This document shows, piece after piece, positions 7,181 to 16,870 of a stretch of 32,000 bases of DNA. The notes under the pieces were generated by a model. That model searched no databases and was not told the origin of the DNA. It saw nothing but the letters and a program-made list of their open reading frames with translations. This stretch comes from Candidatus Babeliales bacterium (GTDB lineage Bacteria > Babelota > Babeliae > Babelales > JACPOV01): positions 50,919 to 82,918 of the forward strand of contig JBFWNW010000004.1 in the NCBI GenBank assembly GCA_050250855.1, read 5' to 3'. Made by a program: the position numbers and the translations under genes. Each line of letters opens with the position of its first letter. Position 1 is the first letter of the stretch.

Positions 7181-7372
7181 TAAAAACTGGAAGCCGAGTT
7201 ATGAGCGCAGAGAGATACATAAGAGATCTTCTCTTATGTGCCCTTGTGTTAAGGGTATTGGGCACGCAATACCTTTGTGCCCTGCGCCTGGCATGAAGGC
7301 GTCGTGAGATATGCAAAAATAAAAAAATAGATGTTGTAGAAAGATAAAATTAATTAAATTAATTAAAAAAAA

Positions 7373-9427
7373 TTATTGAGCCCAATTTTTTTCTATTCCC
7401 TTTTTTAATAAAGAAACAACCACCTCTGTTTGGAGCGGGCTGCTCTCTACATTCCCATCCCAGGGTTCTTTGCGAGGCTCTTCAAGGCGTGAAATTCTGT
7501 TAAACCAAATGCCGTCATGCAAGCGCCAAAGATCACTAATTTTATGCACATCACTTTCTTGCTGTAGTTTAGAAAGTAGCAGGACAGGCAGCGAAATAAG
7601 ATGAATATTATTGTTGGCCAACTGAGTGTAGTATCGGTAAAATTCGTTATTAAATGTAGCCATAATAACCGGTTCGTGTGCAGAACTAAGACCCGCCAAA
7701 ATACCTTGATAAAACCAGTTGTGCGGTAAATTAATATTGTAAGCAGCAATAATACCGCCTGGTAGGATCGTATTAATCTGTTTTTTTATGAAAGTGCCAA
7801 GCTTGCGCGCTTGTTGCTGTAACGCTCCAAAATATTCGTCCATAAGTTTGTGCCGCATCAAGAAGCTGGTGCGTTCTTTGGTTGTTTTGAGTGTGAGCGC
7901 TTCTGGTTTGTTGGTAACTCTGCAATAACGGCTCCAAGATGTATCTGAAAAATCCATAAATTCGGTAAACTGTCCTGTTTGATCTTGTGCATGATACATT
8001 TCAAAATCAAAAAAGATGCCAGCAAGCGGTAAACCGCTACCAAGTGAACTTTGCCATGCAGTAACAAACTCTTTGAGTACGTCAAACAGCTCTGGCTTCC
8101 AAAATCCTTTAACATCAAAAGGGTTTGGTACTTTATTGTAGACGTTTCCATACATATCAGTTGCAGGATCGTGAGGGCGGTGTGTCGCTAAATTTCCCGT
8201 CAGTTCCATGCCAACAAAAAGCTTTGGCACAGGGAGTTTAAGCTCTGCTGCTTTTGTACGTAAAGAACTGGTGAACTTTTTAATGTCGCTAAAAAGTTCT
8301 TCCTTTTTTTCCTTGTTGACAGCTTTGGTGCTTAGATACGTTTCAGGATTGAGTTGCAGCCAGAGCATATTCATACCAGATTTTAGCAAGTGCTCAATTG
8401 CTTTGTCGTTATCAACGTATGGCGGAATACCCAGCCAACCGCACGCAACTCCTTTTTTTGTCCAATTATATGGTGGTGCCATTATGTTACGCTGATCGTG
8501 CACCGTGTTTCTAAGTTTGGCAAAAGATTGAGCAAGGAGTGCTACAGGAACAGCTTTTTTTTCAGTAGGTTTTAGATTTCCGGTTGCGCTTGCTTGTGCA
8601 CATTCATGCATAAATGCTTGGAGCCCTTCAAGAAGTGCGGTGCGCAAACGCAAATCTACAGGATTATACACAAAAGGATCTTTAATATCAGCAAACGTGA
8701 CCGCATTGTTGGTTGTTATGAAAAATTGGTTGCCCGTAGCGCGATTTTTAATATAAAAACCGAGAGGATAGATTGGCCTGAGTGCGCTATCAAACATGCA
8801 ATTTTGTAAGGGAAGTCCCGTTGCAACAAGTTCATTATTTTTTTTATAAAGCGGTTTGAGCTCAGTGAGTGCTGCCTCTTGTTTAGTATACGATGCGGGG
8901 AGCATAGAAGTATCATAAAGTCTACTTTTGCTTGCATCAGACTTGACCATATGCTGCAAGCCTTGCTTTAAAAAGGTATCAAAATCAGAAGACATGACCC
9001 GTTTTTCTTGTATGCCAAGGCGCCGTAACAGGTGGTGTGCAAGAGAAAAAGTTCCTATCGGATTTGCACCATGCGGCAAAAGAAGCATGATCGTTTTATT
9101 TTTTTGATCGCGAATTTTTTCAAAAAGTGTGAAAACATGCTGTAAAATTGGATTTTTTATGCTATGCTTATTGCTAAGTTCACGCGCTAGAGCATGAAAC
9201 ATTGAGTTATCAAGTGCAATAATAATAGTTTGATACTGCTCAATATCGGGCGATTCTAGGTGATAAAAATGATGATACGTTGGGCGCAAGCCTGCTTGGC
9301 GCGCAAACGTCATGAGCGTGTGGTAAACGGAGGGGTTCTGATTGCCAGTATCAAGAATTAACAGATTGTTGGATGCTGCGCTACTCACAAAAAAAGTACA
9401 GAGCATTAATGATAGAATGATTTTCAT
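7373..9427 (-). CDS. Large secreted hypothetical protein (684 aa), possibly glycoside-hydrolase-like
   Basis: Long uninterrupted ORF with an ATG start and signal-like MKIILSLMLCTFFVSSAAS. Segments GMNMLWLQLNPETYL, LFVGMELTGN and AGIFFDFEMYHAQDQ are reminiscent of TIM-barrel hydrolase strands. I recognise no diagnostic motif. Confidence 0.8.
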   Translation of the reverse strand: MKIILSLMLCTFFVSSAASNNLLILDTGNQNPSVYHTLMTFARQAGLRPTYHHFYHLESPDIEQYQTIIIALDNSMFHALARELSNKHSIKNPILQHVFTLFEKIRDQKNKTIMLLLPHGANPIGTFSLAHHLLRRLGIQEKRVMSSDFDTFLKQGLQHMVKSDASKSRLYDTSMLPASYTKQEAALTELKPLYKKNNELVATGLPLQNCMFDSALRPIYPLGFYIKNRATGNQFFITTNNAVTFADIKDPFVYNPVDLRLRTALLEGLQAFMHECAQASATGNLKPTEKKAVPVALLAQSFAKLRNTVHDQRNIMAPPYNWTKKGVACGWLGIPPYVDNDKAIEHLLKSGMNMLWLQLNPETYLSTKAVNKEKKEELFSDIKKFTSSLRTKAAELKLPVPKLFVGMELTGNLATHRPHDPATDMYGNVYNKVPNPFDVKGFWKPELFDVLKEFVTAWQSSLGSGLPLAGIFFDFEMYHAQDQTGQFTEFMDFSDTSWSRYCRVTNKPEALTLKTTKERTSFLMRHKLMDEYFGALQQQARKLGTFIKKQINTILPGGIIAAYNINLPHNWFYQGILAGLSSAHEPVIMATFNNEFYRYYTQLANNNIHLISLPVLLLSKLQQESDVHKISDLWRLHDGIWFNRISRLEEPRKEPWDGNVESSPLQTEVVVSLLKKGIEKNWAQ

Positions 9428-9540
9428 ACCGTGTCTTTCCTTATTTTTATCTTTAAAGACACTATAGTATAATAATCATTAACCAAGCAAGTTGTTTTTT
9501 GGCAAAGAAATATATGCAGTATTTTGTAGAAGGATCGATT

Positions 9541-10458
9541 ATGAAAAAATTATTAATGGTGATGTTTTTTAGCCTACCAGTCGGTACAAGTTGGGGGATG
9601 GAAACTGAGAAGCCAAAAACACAAACCAATTTCACTCAACGTACTAAGAAAAATACTAGTACTTCAACGTCTCAAAAAGCCATTACACCACGACATTTAG
9701 CTCAATTGGCAGAATTTGAAGTAGCTAAAGAAAATGCTCTCATGACAGAACGAAATAAACTCACCAATATGCATAATAGAATTTATAATCATAGCATGCA
9801 TGGTATGGATGATGGAATTGCTAAATTTTTTTCACAGATGCCACCAGTAATAGTTTTTGAGGGTTATAACCGTGCTTTTAATTCTGATTATCAGCTAAAA
9901 AAGTCTTTAGAGCATAATAATATTACTGCCAAAGCTCAAAAAGATGTATTAAGTGCTTTAGATGGAAGAAAATCTTCTTATATTGAACAGGAAAATGGGC
10001 AAGGGGTTGAAGCTCCAGAGTTAGCTGGACTTAGAAAATTGGTAGAAGAGGAGTGTTCTAATGAATTCAAAAAAAAATCGATGCTAGGAACATTAGATGC
10101 TATTGATGAAATTATTCATAGTACCAAATTTTATGCTCAACAAAATCCGCAGCAAATGAAAGAAAAATTAGCAGCATTTAATTATATGTTACAAGTAGAT
10201 CTTCCTGTTCTAGAGAAATCTAAAGAGAAAGCAACATTTATTGATGATCTTGAGAATACAGTAAAAAAGTTATATGCATTGGTTACAAAAGCTCCTACTA
10301 GTTTTGAAAAATTCACAAATGAAGTAGAAAATGGAAAGGCTCTTCCTTTGGCAGTTATAGGAACTGCAGTAGGGGTGGGCACTTTGTGTGTAGGTAAAAT
10401 GATTTATGATGCAGTTACTACTTCTGTTGAAGTTGCTATTGCTGCCACTGAAGGCTAA
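9541..10458 (+). CDS. Hypothetical secreted protein with a C-terminal hydrophobic anchor
   Basis: I prefer the ATG at 9541 (MKKLLMVMFFSLPVGTSWG signal, AGGA 7 nt upstream) over the TTG at 9499. The C-terminal TM-like segment is ALPLAVIGTAVGVGTLCVGKMIY. Confidence 0.7.
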   Translation: MKKLLMVMFFSLPVGTSWGMETEKPKTQTNFTQRTKKNTSTSTSQKAITPRHLAQLAEFEVAKENALMTERNKLTNMHNRIYNHSMHGMDDGIAKFFSQMPPVIVFEGYNRAFNSDYQLKKSLEHNNITAKAQKDVLSALDGRKSSYIEQENGQGVEAPELAGLRKLVEEECSNEFKKKSMLGTLDAIDEIIHSTKFYAQQNPQQMKEKLAAFNYMLQVDLPVLEKSKEKATFIDDLENTVKKLYALVTKAPTSFEKFTNEVENGKALPLAVIGTAVGVGTLCVGKMIYDAVTTSVEVAIAATEG

Positions 10459-10460
10459 TC

Positions 10461-11207
10461 TTACCAATATTTTTTGATAAAAAGTGTATGCGCTGCTTGC
10501 AATAACAGCAGCGCATAGCAAAATGCATATAAACTGCCATACAAAAGCTGCGCCATAGCTAAAGGTAGCTGATGCACTACAGCATTTTTTATGTCAATTA
10601 AAGCAAGATCAGGAAAACAGTAATACAGTGCTGTGCCAAATACATAAAAAATTCCTTCTTTGTGTGCAAGAAGCTCGTACCACGTATGATTTGTGTAAGC
10701 GATTGCATAAAAACTAAACGTTGCAAGGTATGCCATATTTACGGAAAGCAGTAAAGAAAAAAAGAAAGCAGCAGCAAGAAGCACCATACATTCAAGCCCA
10801 ATTCCAATAAAACCTGGTAGTATATGCCAGAACCATTGATCAGTCAGATAATACAGTACAACTACTGATACGCCATAAAATACAACTACAGCACTGCCCA
10901 GTGCACTAAAAAAGCCGGTAACGGTTTGCCAAAAAAAAGATGAGCGTGAGGTAGTGCATAAAAAAAAGTCATAACTTTGATAGAGCTTTTGTTTTTCAAA
11001 ATAAGGAATGGCGTATAAAAAGATTAAGCAAAAACAAAAGATCTGCAGAGCAAAAAAAAGAACATCAACTAAAACTTTTTCATAACTTCCTAAAGCACTA
11101 AGGGCTGCCGTGTTTCCCACACTGACGCAGCCCAGCATTATGAGCGCAGCAAGCTGTATGATGTTATGCGCATACAGCTGCTGTAGCGTAAAAATTAATA
11201 CGGTCAC
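10461..11207 (-). CDS. Polytopic integral membrane protein (about 6-7 TM, possibly ABC-2-permease-like)
   Basis: Hydrophobic throughout. The proposed GTG start at 11207 overlaps the TGA stop of the upstream ORF (GTGA). The track's start at 11288 would give an 85-nt overlap and a Cys/Arg-rich non-membrane leader. The start is uncertain because no SD is seen. Confidence 0.6.
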   Translation of the reverse strand: MTVLIFTLQQLYAHNIIQLAALIMLGCVSVGNTAALSALGSYEKVLVDVLFFALQIFCFCLIFLYAIPYFEKQKLYQSYDFFLCTTSRSSFFWQTVTGFFSALGSAVVVFYGVSVVVLYYLTDQWFWHILPGFIGIGLECMVLLAAAFFFSLLLSVNMAYLATFSFYAIAYTNHTWYELLAHKEGIFYVFGTALYYCFPDLALIDIKNAVVHQLPLAMAQLLYGSLYAFCYALLLLQAAHTLFIKKYW

Positions 11208-11686
11208 GAAGCAACAACAGGAGGATTCGTAGAATACGTAGTGCCGCCTGGATTTTCCAAAATAGCAGGAATTATTCCTTGCTTGCATAATGAATGAATA
11301 AGAAGGCGCACAAAATTATCAAGCTGTGCTTGCGTAGGGTTTCCGCGTTTAGTTAGTTCATTCGCTATGTTGAGGATGCTATCCACCATGCAGGTAGCGT
11401 TGAGTGTAATGTTTGCTTTATTATGACGGTCAATTAAAATTTTGCTAAAGCTTGCTAAAATACGCATAAATTGTCTGAAAATAGCAATATCTGTTTTACG
11501 TTCTTCATTACTTTCTAGCGTATCTTCTTGAGCAGTAGAAGTGCTTTTTAAGATTGCAACTAGTTCTTCAGAAAGAGAAAGCGTTGCCATAAGATTTTCA
11601 GCCGTTAGATCAGTTTCTTGCTCAGTAGCATGTATATTCGAATTCATACCTGCTACTAAAAGGCCTATACATAACATTCGTTTCAT
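11204..11686 (-). CDS. Hypothetical secreted protein (160 aa)
   Basis: ATG start with AAGGAG 6 nt upstream. Signal-like MKRMLCIGLLVAGMNSNIHA. No recognisable domain. Confidence 0.65.
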   Translation of the reverse strand: MKRMLCIGLLVAGMNSNIHATEQETDLTAENLMATLSLSEELVAILKSTSTAQEDTLESNEERKTDIAIFRQFMRILASFSKILIDRHNKANITLNATCMVDSILNIANELTKRGNPTQAQLDNFVRLLIHSLCKQGIIPAILENPGGTTYSTNPPVVAS

Positions 11687-11704
11687 AGAGACTCCTTTTT
11701 TTTA

Positions 11705-11754
11705 CGTTCGCGTATTCCCTTCGACTCACTTTGTTCGCTCAGGGAGACCGAATA
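11705..11754 (-). repeat. Degenerate family-A unit (T1-like, minus orientation)
   Basis: On the minus strand it reads ccctgagc-gaacaaagtga-gtcgaagggaatacgcgaacg. That is the T1 core with a ~10-nt insertion and substitutions. Confidence 0.6.
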
Positions 11755-11791
11755 CAATTAAAAAAAGTCTAAAAACCTAAACCTTGTCAGG

Positions 11792-13087
11792 TCAAGAGAT
11801 TACTGGTTCTTTTATAATGCGCACCTGAGAAACTCGTTTAGGGCTTGCTTGTTGCACTAAGAATTTATACTGTTTATAAATAACTTCCTGGCCTTTTTGA
11901 GGAAGATGTTGCAGTTGTTCTGTTAAAAAACCTGCAATAGAGACAGCATCTTCTACTTCAAAAGTTATGCCAAGTAATTTGCTTAATGAATCAAGATCGA
12001 TACTGCCATCAACAAGCCAATCCCCTTCACGCAAGGTAATTATTTTTTCTGGAACTGCTTCGTATTCATCACGAATTTCACCAACAATTTCTTCCAGAAT
12101 ATCTTCAAGCGTTACCAGGCCCATGATAATGCCATGTTCATTCAGTACAATAGCAATATGCATGCCTTTTTGACGAAATTCACGTAATAATTGATTGATT
12201 TTCATGCTTTCTGGTACAAATAAGATGGGTCTTACTATTGATTCCAGGGGTTTTTCCTCATGTTTTGCCATGAGATTAAAAATATCTTTTTGTAAAACCA
12301 TACCAATAATATTATCTTTATTGCTTAAATAAACTGGCAAGCGAGAATATTGATATTTGCAAAACGTATCAAACGATTCTTCTATAGTATCTGTTGCATT
12401 AAGCAGAATAATATCAACAGCAGGTACCATAATTTCTTTAACTTGCTTAATTCCTAACTTGAAGACACTTTGTAACATTTCTGTTTTTTCTCGCTCCATG
12501 AGTCCTTTTTCATTGATGTAATCAATTAAAAAGCGAATTTCATGTTCAGTAACAAGCGATTCTGTTCCATGTGCTGGCCCACCAAGTAGACGAATAACCG
12601 CGCTTGAAATGGAAACAAGAATTTTGACAAAAGGATACAAAAGATAAAAAGTAATGTTTGTTAGCCATAGTGTTGATCTAAACAAACGTTCACCATGAAC
12701 CTTTGCAATATTTTTAGGGATAACTTCACCAAAAATTAAAATTGCAATGGTACCAAAAGCGATACCCAAAGAGAATCCTAAGCCACCCGAAAAATGCAAT
12801 CGAGCAAAAATGGTTTCCATAATATTGGTAATCAATGCTGCAGCACTAACGTTAGCAACACTATTAGCAATAAGCATGGTTACCAGTACTTGCTGAGGAT
12901 GCTCTTCTAGTGTTTTAAAAAGCTCTTTGTAACGAGATGTGGTTGATGCAAGTTCTTTAAGTTTAAAAAGACGTAATGCAGTAATGCTCGTTTCTAAGAA
13001 GGAAAAGAGTGCACAGCCAAGGAGTGCAATGAAAAATGCTATTACTTGTGGATATAAAAAACCTTGTAATAGGGCGTTTGGTTCCAT
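11792..13087 (-). CDS. HlyC/CorC (CNNM) family transporter
   Basis: N-terminal 4-TM DUF21/CNNM region. CBS pair (VKEIMVPAVDIILL..., IAIVLNEHGIIMGLVTLEDILEEIVGEIRDE). C-terminal CorC_HlyC-type domain (GDWLVDGSIDLDSLSKLLG...IAGFLTEQLQHLPQKGQEV). Confidence 0.9.
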   Translation of the reverse strand: MEPNALLQGFLYPQVIAFFIALLGCALFSFLETSITALRLFKLKELASTTSRYKELFKTLEEHPQQVLVTMLIANSVANVSAAALITNIMETIFARLHFSGGLGFSLGIAFGTIAILIFGEVIPKNIAKVHGERLFRSTLWLTNITFYLLYPFVKILVSISSAVIRLLGGPAHGTESLVTEHEIRFLIDYINEKGLMEREKTEMLQSVFKLGIKQVKEIMVPAVDIILLNATDTIEESFDTFCKYQYSRLPVYLSNKDNIIGMVLQKDIFNLMAKHEEKPLESIVRPILFVPESMKINQLLREFRQKGMHIAIVLNEHGIIMGLVTLEDILEEIVGEIRDEYEAVPEKIITLREGDWLVDGSIDLDSLSKLLGITFEVEDAVSIAGFLTEQLQHLPQKGQEVIYKQYKFLVQQASPKRVSQVRIIKEPVIS

Positions 13088-13121
13088 AATAAATTCTCTC
13101 TCTCAATTTTTAAGGAAACTA

Positions 13122-15083
13122 TTAATCTTCATCCTCTTCATCATCAATATCAGTTACCATTACATCAAACTCTTTATCAAAGAATGATTCAAGTTTTTTA
13201 CTACGAGAAGGGTGGCGAAGTTTACGTAATGCTTTAACTTCAATCTGGCGAATACGCTCACGCGTAACAGAAAAGTCTTTACCAACTTCTTCCAACGTAT
13301 GTTCTGAGGCAACATCAATGCCAAAACGCATTTTAAGTACTTTTTCTTCTCGTGGTGTTAAGCTTTTCAAGACTTCACGAACACGTTCTTTTAAGTCGTT
13401 GCTTGCAACAGTATCTGCTGGAGAAAAATCATTTTCATTTTCAATAAAATCTTTAATATATGCATCTTCACTATCGCCAACCGGTGTTTCAAGAGAAATG
13501 GGTTCTTTAGAAATTTTAATAATATTTTTGATTTTTTTCTCATCAATATTAAGTTCTTTTGCCAACTCTGCATGGCTTGGTTCTCGACCATGTTCTTGCA
13601 CAAAGGTACGTTTAATTTTATTAATTTTATTGAGCGTTTCAACCATATGCACCGGTACACGAATAGTGCGTGATTGGTCTGCTATAGCACGCGTAATTGC
13701 TTGACGAATCCACCAGGTAGCATAGGTAGAGAATTTATAACCACGCTCGAACTCAAACTTTTCAACGGCTTTCATGAGCCCAATATTACCTTCTTGAATA
13801 AGATCAAGAAAGTGAAGACCTTTATTAATATATTTTTTTGCGTTGTTTACTACCAAGCGTAAGTTTGCTTTAGCAAGGTCGTCTTTTGCTTTCTTATCTT
13901 TAACAAGGCCTACGTGGAGCTTTGCATAATGTTTTTTTATTTGATCAAGAGGAAGTCCAAGCTCATTTTCAATCTTTTTAAGTAGCTTTTGATCAGCACG
14001 TATAGTACGCAACAACTCCTCCTTTTCTGCCAGTTGTTCAGCAGTAGGATTTTTAAGGTCTTCAAGATATTTTAATTTAGCCTCAAGGCGTTCAAGGGCA
14101 TAAATCTTTTCATTAATTTTTTGTACACCTTTTTCTATGCGCTTTGCAAGCTTTTTAATGAGTTTATTAGAAAGCTTTATAGATTGTATGGTATTACAAA
14201 TTTCTTCTTTGTTTTTCTTTACTTTATTAAGCATCTCGGTTTTCTTTTCTTGAGAATCAAGTTTACCGCGATAGCTTAAATAAATTTTCTCTTCATTTTC
14301 TATTAAGTTCTTAATATCATTAATTGTTTTAAGAAGTGCCTTTTTTTCTTCTTCTACTTTAGGTAAGTTTTCTTGGTCAAATTCAGAAAACTGAATGACA
14401 TCTTTTAAAGGAAGTGTATTTTTTTGTAATTTTTCACCGACTGTTACAAACTCTTTATGGATAAAGGGAAAGCGAGAAAGTGCTTCAATGGCTTCTTTTT
14501 TACCTTCAGCAATTTGCTCAGCAATAACGGTTTCAGTTTTTTTATTCAAGAGAGGAATTTTACCAATTTCACGCAAATAAACCTTAACGCCATCTGTTAA
14601 TTGAGCGCTGGCAGCGGTTTCTTTAATGACATTCTCTTTGTTTTCTTCATCTTCTGCTTCATCTTCATTTTCTTCTTCTTCTTCGCTATCACTATCAAAA
14701 TCTAGGCTTTCAAACTGAGGTTTTGATCCTTTGCGATCTTCTTCTTTATCATAATTAAGATCCGAGCCATCTTCTAAATCTTTTTCAGTAATAAGCTCAA
14801 TGCCTTCTTTTTCTAAAGTACGCAGAAGTTCAGTTACTTCTTTTTCTATTAAATGGTAGCGTTGTGAAAATTCTATAATTTCTTCATACGTAACTAAGCC
14901 GCTTCGCTGTCCTTTTTCTATGAAGGATTTAAATATTTCAGCTTTAAAATCAGCATCACTTTTTGCTTTTGCCTCAGATCCTTGAGGAGCAGCTTTTTCT
15001 ATTTTTGCAGAAGATTCTTTTTTTTCTACTTTTGGCTTTTTGCCCGTAATTTTTTCTTGTATATTTTTTATAAGCTTTTTCAT
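13122..15083 (-). CDS. rpoD: RNA polymerase primary sigma factor (sigma-70)
   Basis: Region 2 is [32 protein letters not shown]. Region 4.2 is [33 protein letters not shown]. There is an acidic region 1 and a long K/E-rich non-conserved insert. ATGA overlap with dnaG. Confidence 0.97.
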   Translation of the reverse strand: MKKLIKNIQEKITGKKPKVEKKESSAKIEKAAPQGSEAKAKSDADFKAEIFKSFIEKGQRSGLVTYEEIIEFSQRYHLIEKEVTELLRTLEKEGIELITEKDLEDGSDLNYDKEEDRKGSKPQFESLDFDSDSEEEEENEDEAEDEENKENVIKETAASAQLTDGVKVYLREIGKIPLLNKKTETVIAEQIAEGKKEAIEALSRFPFIHKEFVTVGEKLQKNTLPLKDVIQFSEFDQENLPKVEEEKKALLKTINDIKNLIENEEKIYLSYRGKLDSQEKKTEMLNKVKKNKEEICNTIQSIKLSNKLIKKLAKRIEKGVQKINEKIYALERLEAKLKYLEDLKNPTAEQLAEKEELLRTIRADQKLLKKIENELGLPLDQIKKHYAKLHVGLVKDKKAKDDLAKANLRLVVNNAKKYINKGLHFLDLIQEGNIGLMKAVEKFEFERGYKFSTYATWWIRQAITRAIADQSRTIRVPVHMVETLNKINKIKRTFVQEHGREPSHAELAKELNIDEKKIKNIIKISKEPISLETPVGDSEDAYIKDFIENENDFSPADTVASNDLKERVREVLKSLTPREEKVLKMRFGIDVASEHTLEEVGKDFSVTRERIRQIEVKALRKLRHPSRSKKLESFFDKEFDVMVTDIDDEEDED

Positions 15084-16870
15084 ATAAGTCCCTTACCTAT
15101 TAATTTCTCTTTTAACTGTTTAAAATGCTCCAGCTGTTTTTGAATGCTTTCCAGATCACCTTTCTGCTGAGCAAGTTCTAATTTTTTCTTGGTATCAGCA
15201 ACAAAATTTTTCCACGTTCTTTTTTGAAATTCTGCCAGAAGATAGTCTAAATTTTCACTATTTTCATACTCTTGGCATTCCAAAATAAGATTGCTGATCA
15301 ATCGTTTTTCAGGCTCATGAAGGAAATCAAAAAACTGCATAAAATCAAAAGGGGAATCTCTATCTGGCGATTCTGTCTTTTTTAATACATCTTTTAATGG
15401 AGAACTCAGATATTCTACTAGATATTCCCTATCTGCAGGCTGCAGCAATTCCATGTTATTTATTATAACAGAAAATAATTTTTTTTCCAGTAAAGGGATT
15501 TCTTTCAAGATCGTGACAGAGGAGGATTCCTCTGGAGAAACCTCGTTTAGAGGGGCTTTTTTGCTGATCTCAGCAGAAGGCTTTTTAAGGCGATACAGCT
15601 CTTTCTTAAGAGTGCCGAAGGGAACGTCCAAGGATTGAGCCGCCTTGGAAAGTAAAAGCTCCTGTTTGAGCGGGTCGGCTATTTTTTGGATGGTTTCAAG
15701 CAGTGAGCGGACGATACCAACTTTTTCTTGAAGGCTTTTTTGCTTGAAATCATGCGCCATAGATTCAAGCCAGAACATAAAGATATCCTTTGCTTGCTTT
15801 ATCAAAAGGGCTAAATCTCCTTGTTTTTCGATAAATGATGCAGGGTCTTCCCCTCTAGGAAGCTCAATAACAGAAAGTTCTAAATCTACAAGCCAGCAGA
15901 GTTCTGTCAGACGAAGTACTGCCTGAATACCTGCTTTATCGCTATCATAAAGAATAAATAACTTTTGTGCATAGCGAGAAAGGAGCTTTAAATGCTCTTG
16001 GGTGCAGGCAGTTCCGAGTGTGGCAACGGTATTTTCAAAGCCTTCTTGTACCATGGCAAGGCAGTCAGTATATCCTTCTACCAAGAAAACGGTGCCCTCG
16101 TGTTGAATAGGCACTTTTGCTCGGTCAAGACCAAACAGCAGGGATCCTTTAGCAAAAAAATCATTTTCTTTTGAGTTGTAATACTTAGGGCGTTCATCAT
16201 CTTTTTTAAAGATTCTACCGCCAAAACCACAGAAGCGGCCCAGGTGATCTTGAATAGGAAAAAAGACGCGATCTTCAAAAGGGGAATAAAGGACTGATTT
16301 GCCTTGGGCAAGGATATTGGCTTGTAAAAGATCTTCAACTAAAAAATGTTCTTTGCCAACAAATGCAATGAGCGATTTGAGTGCCGGCTGACCACTGGGG
16401 AAATACCCGAGCTTAAAGCTTTCTATAGTTTTTTGGTTGATTGATCGCTGTGAAAAGTAGCGTAAGATTACCGGTGATTTTAATAAATTTTCATGGCACC
16501 ATTGCGCAACAAGTGAGCAAAGTTTATGGTAGCGCTTTTTCTTATCAGGTGCATCTTTGGGGCCTTCTTGGTGCTGCAACGATTTTAATTCTTCCGGAAT
16601 TGTTAACTGATAGCGTTCTGCTAAAAATTCGGCAGCTTCTAGGGCAGAACAGTTTTCCACTTTTTCTATAAAAGAAATAACGTCACCGCCACTGTGGCAG
16701 CCAAAGCAGTAAAAAATTTCCTTATGAGGACTTACGGTAAAGGAGGCAGTTTTTTCTTGGTGAAAAGGACATACCCCTTTGTAATAAAGACCAGCCTTCT
16801 TGAGCGTAGCGTATTCACCAACCACGGTTAAAATGGAAAGGTTTTGTTTAATAAAACTAAAAAGATTCAT
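15080..16870 (-). CDS. dnaG: DNA primase
   Basis: Zinc finger [36 protein letters not shown] motifs [11 protein letters not shown] and LYDSDKAG. Confidence 0.95.
   Translation of the reverse strand: MNLFSFIKQNLSILTVVGEYATLKKAGLYYKGVCPFHQEKTASFTVSPHKEIFYCFGCHSGGDVISFIEKVENCSALEAAEFLAERYQLTIPEELKSLQHQEGPKDAPDKKKRYHKLCSLVAQWCHENLLKSPVILRYFSQRSINQKTIESFKLGYFPSGQPALKSLIAFVGKEHFLVEDLLQANILAQGKSVLYSPFEDRVFFPIQDHLGRFCGFGGRIFKKDDERPKYYNSKENDFFAKGSLLFGLDRAKVPIQHEGTVFLVEGYTDCLAMVQEGFENTVATLGTACTQEHLKLLSRYAQKLFILYDSDKAGIQAVLRLTELCWLVDLELSVIELPRGEDPASFIEKQGDLALLIKQAKDIFMFWLESMAHDFKQKSLQEKVGIVRSLLETIQKIADPLKQELLLSKAAQSLDVPFGTLKKELYRLKKPSAEISKKAPLNEVSPEESSSVTILKEIPLLEKKLFSVIINNMELLQPADREYLVEYLSSPLKDVLKKTESPDRDSPFDFMQFFDFLHEPEKRLISNLILECQEYENSENLDYLLAEFQKRTWKNFVADTKKKLELAQQKGDLESIQKQLEHFKQLKEKLIGKGLI

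Noticed and set aside
6702-7316. Four 61-72-aa ORFs in the USP upstream spacer (6702..6920, 6860..7063, 7111..7296 and 7119..7316).
   Set aside because: They are read across the GC-rich palindromic repeats, giving peptides such as PFALSLSKG and FDKLSTNG. They overlap each other on both strands and have no RBS. They are artefacts of stop-poor GC-rich repeat sequence.
7347-7372. An AT-only quasi-palindrome aaattaattaaattaattaaaaaaaa downstream of ORF 7373..9427.
   Set aside because: It is low-complexity AT sequence that cannot form a stable hairpin. It is probably just a gene-end spacer, not a specific site.
9499-9540. N-terminal extensions proposed by the ORF track (TTG 9499, TTG 3686, GTG 18690, ATG 19075, ATG 24093, ATG 31605, GTG 26969).
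   Set aside because: In each case a downstream ATG has a better SD-like sequence at proper spacing, begins a typical signal peptide or TM segment, and removes an overlap with the neighbouring gene. The longer forms cannot be excluded without experimental data.
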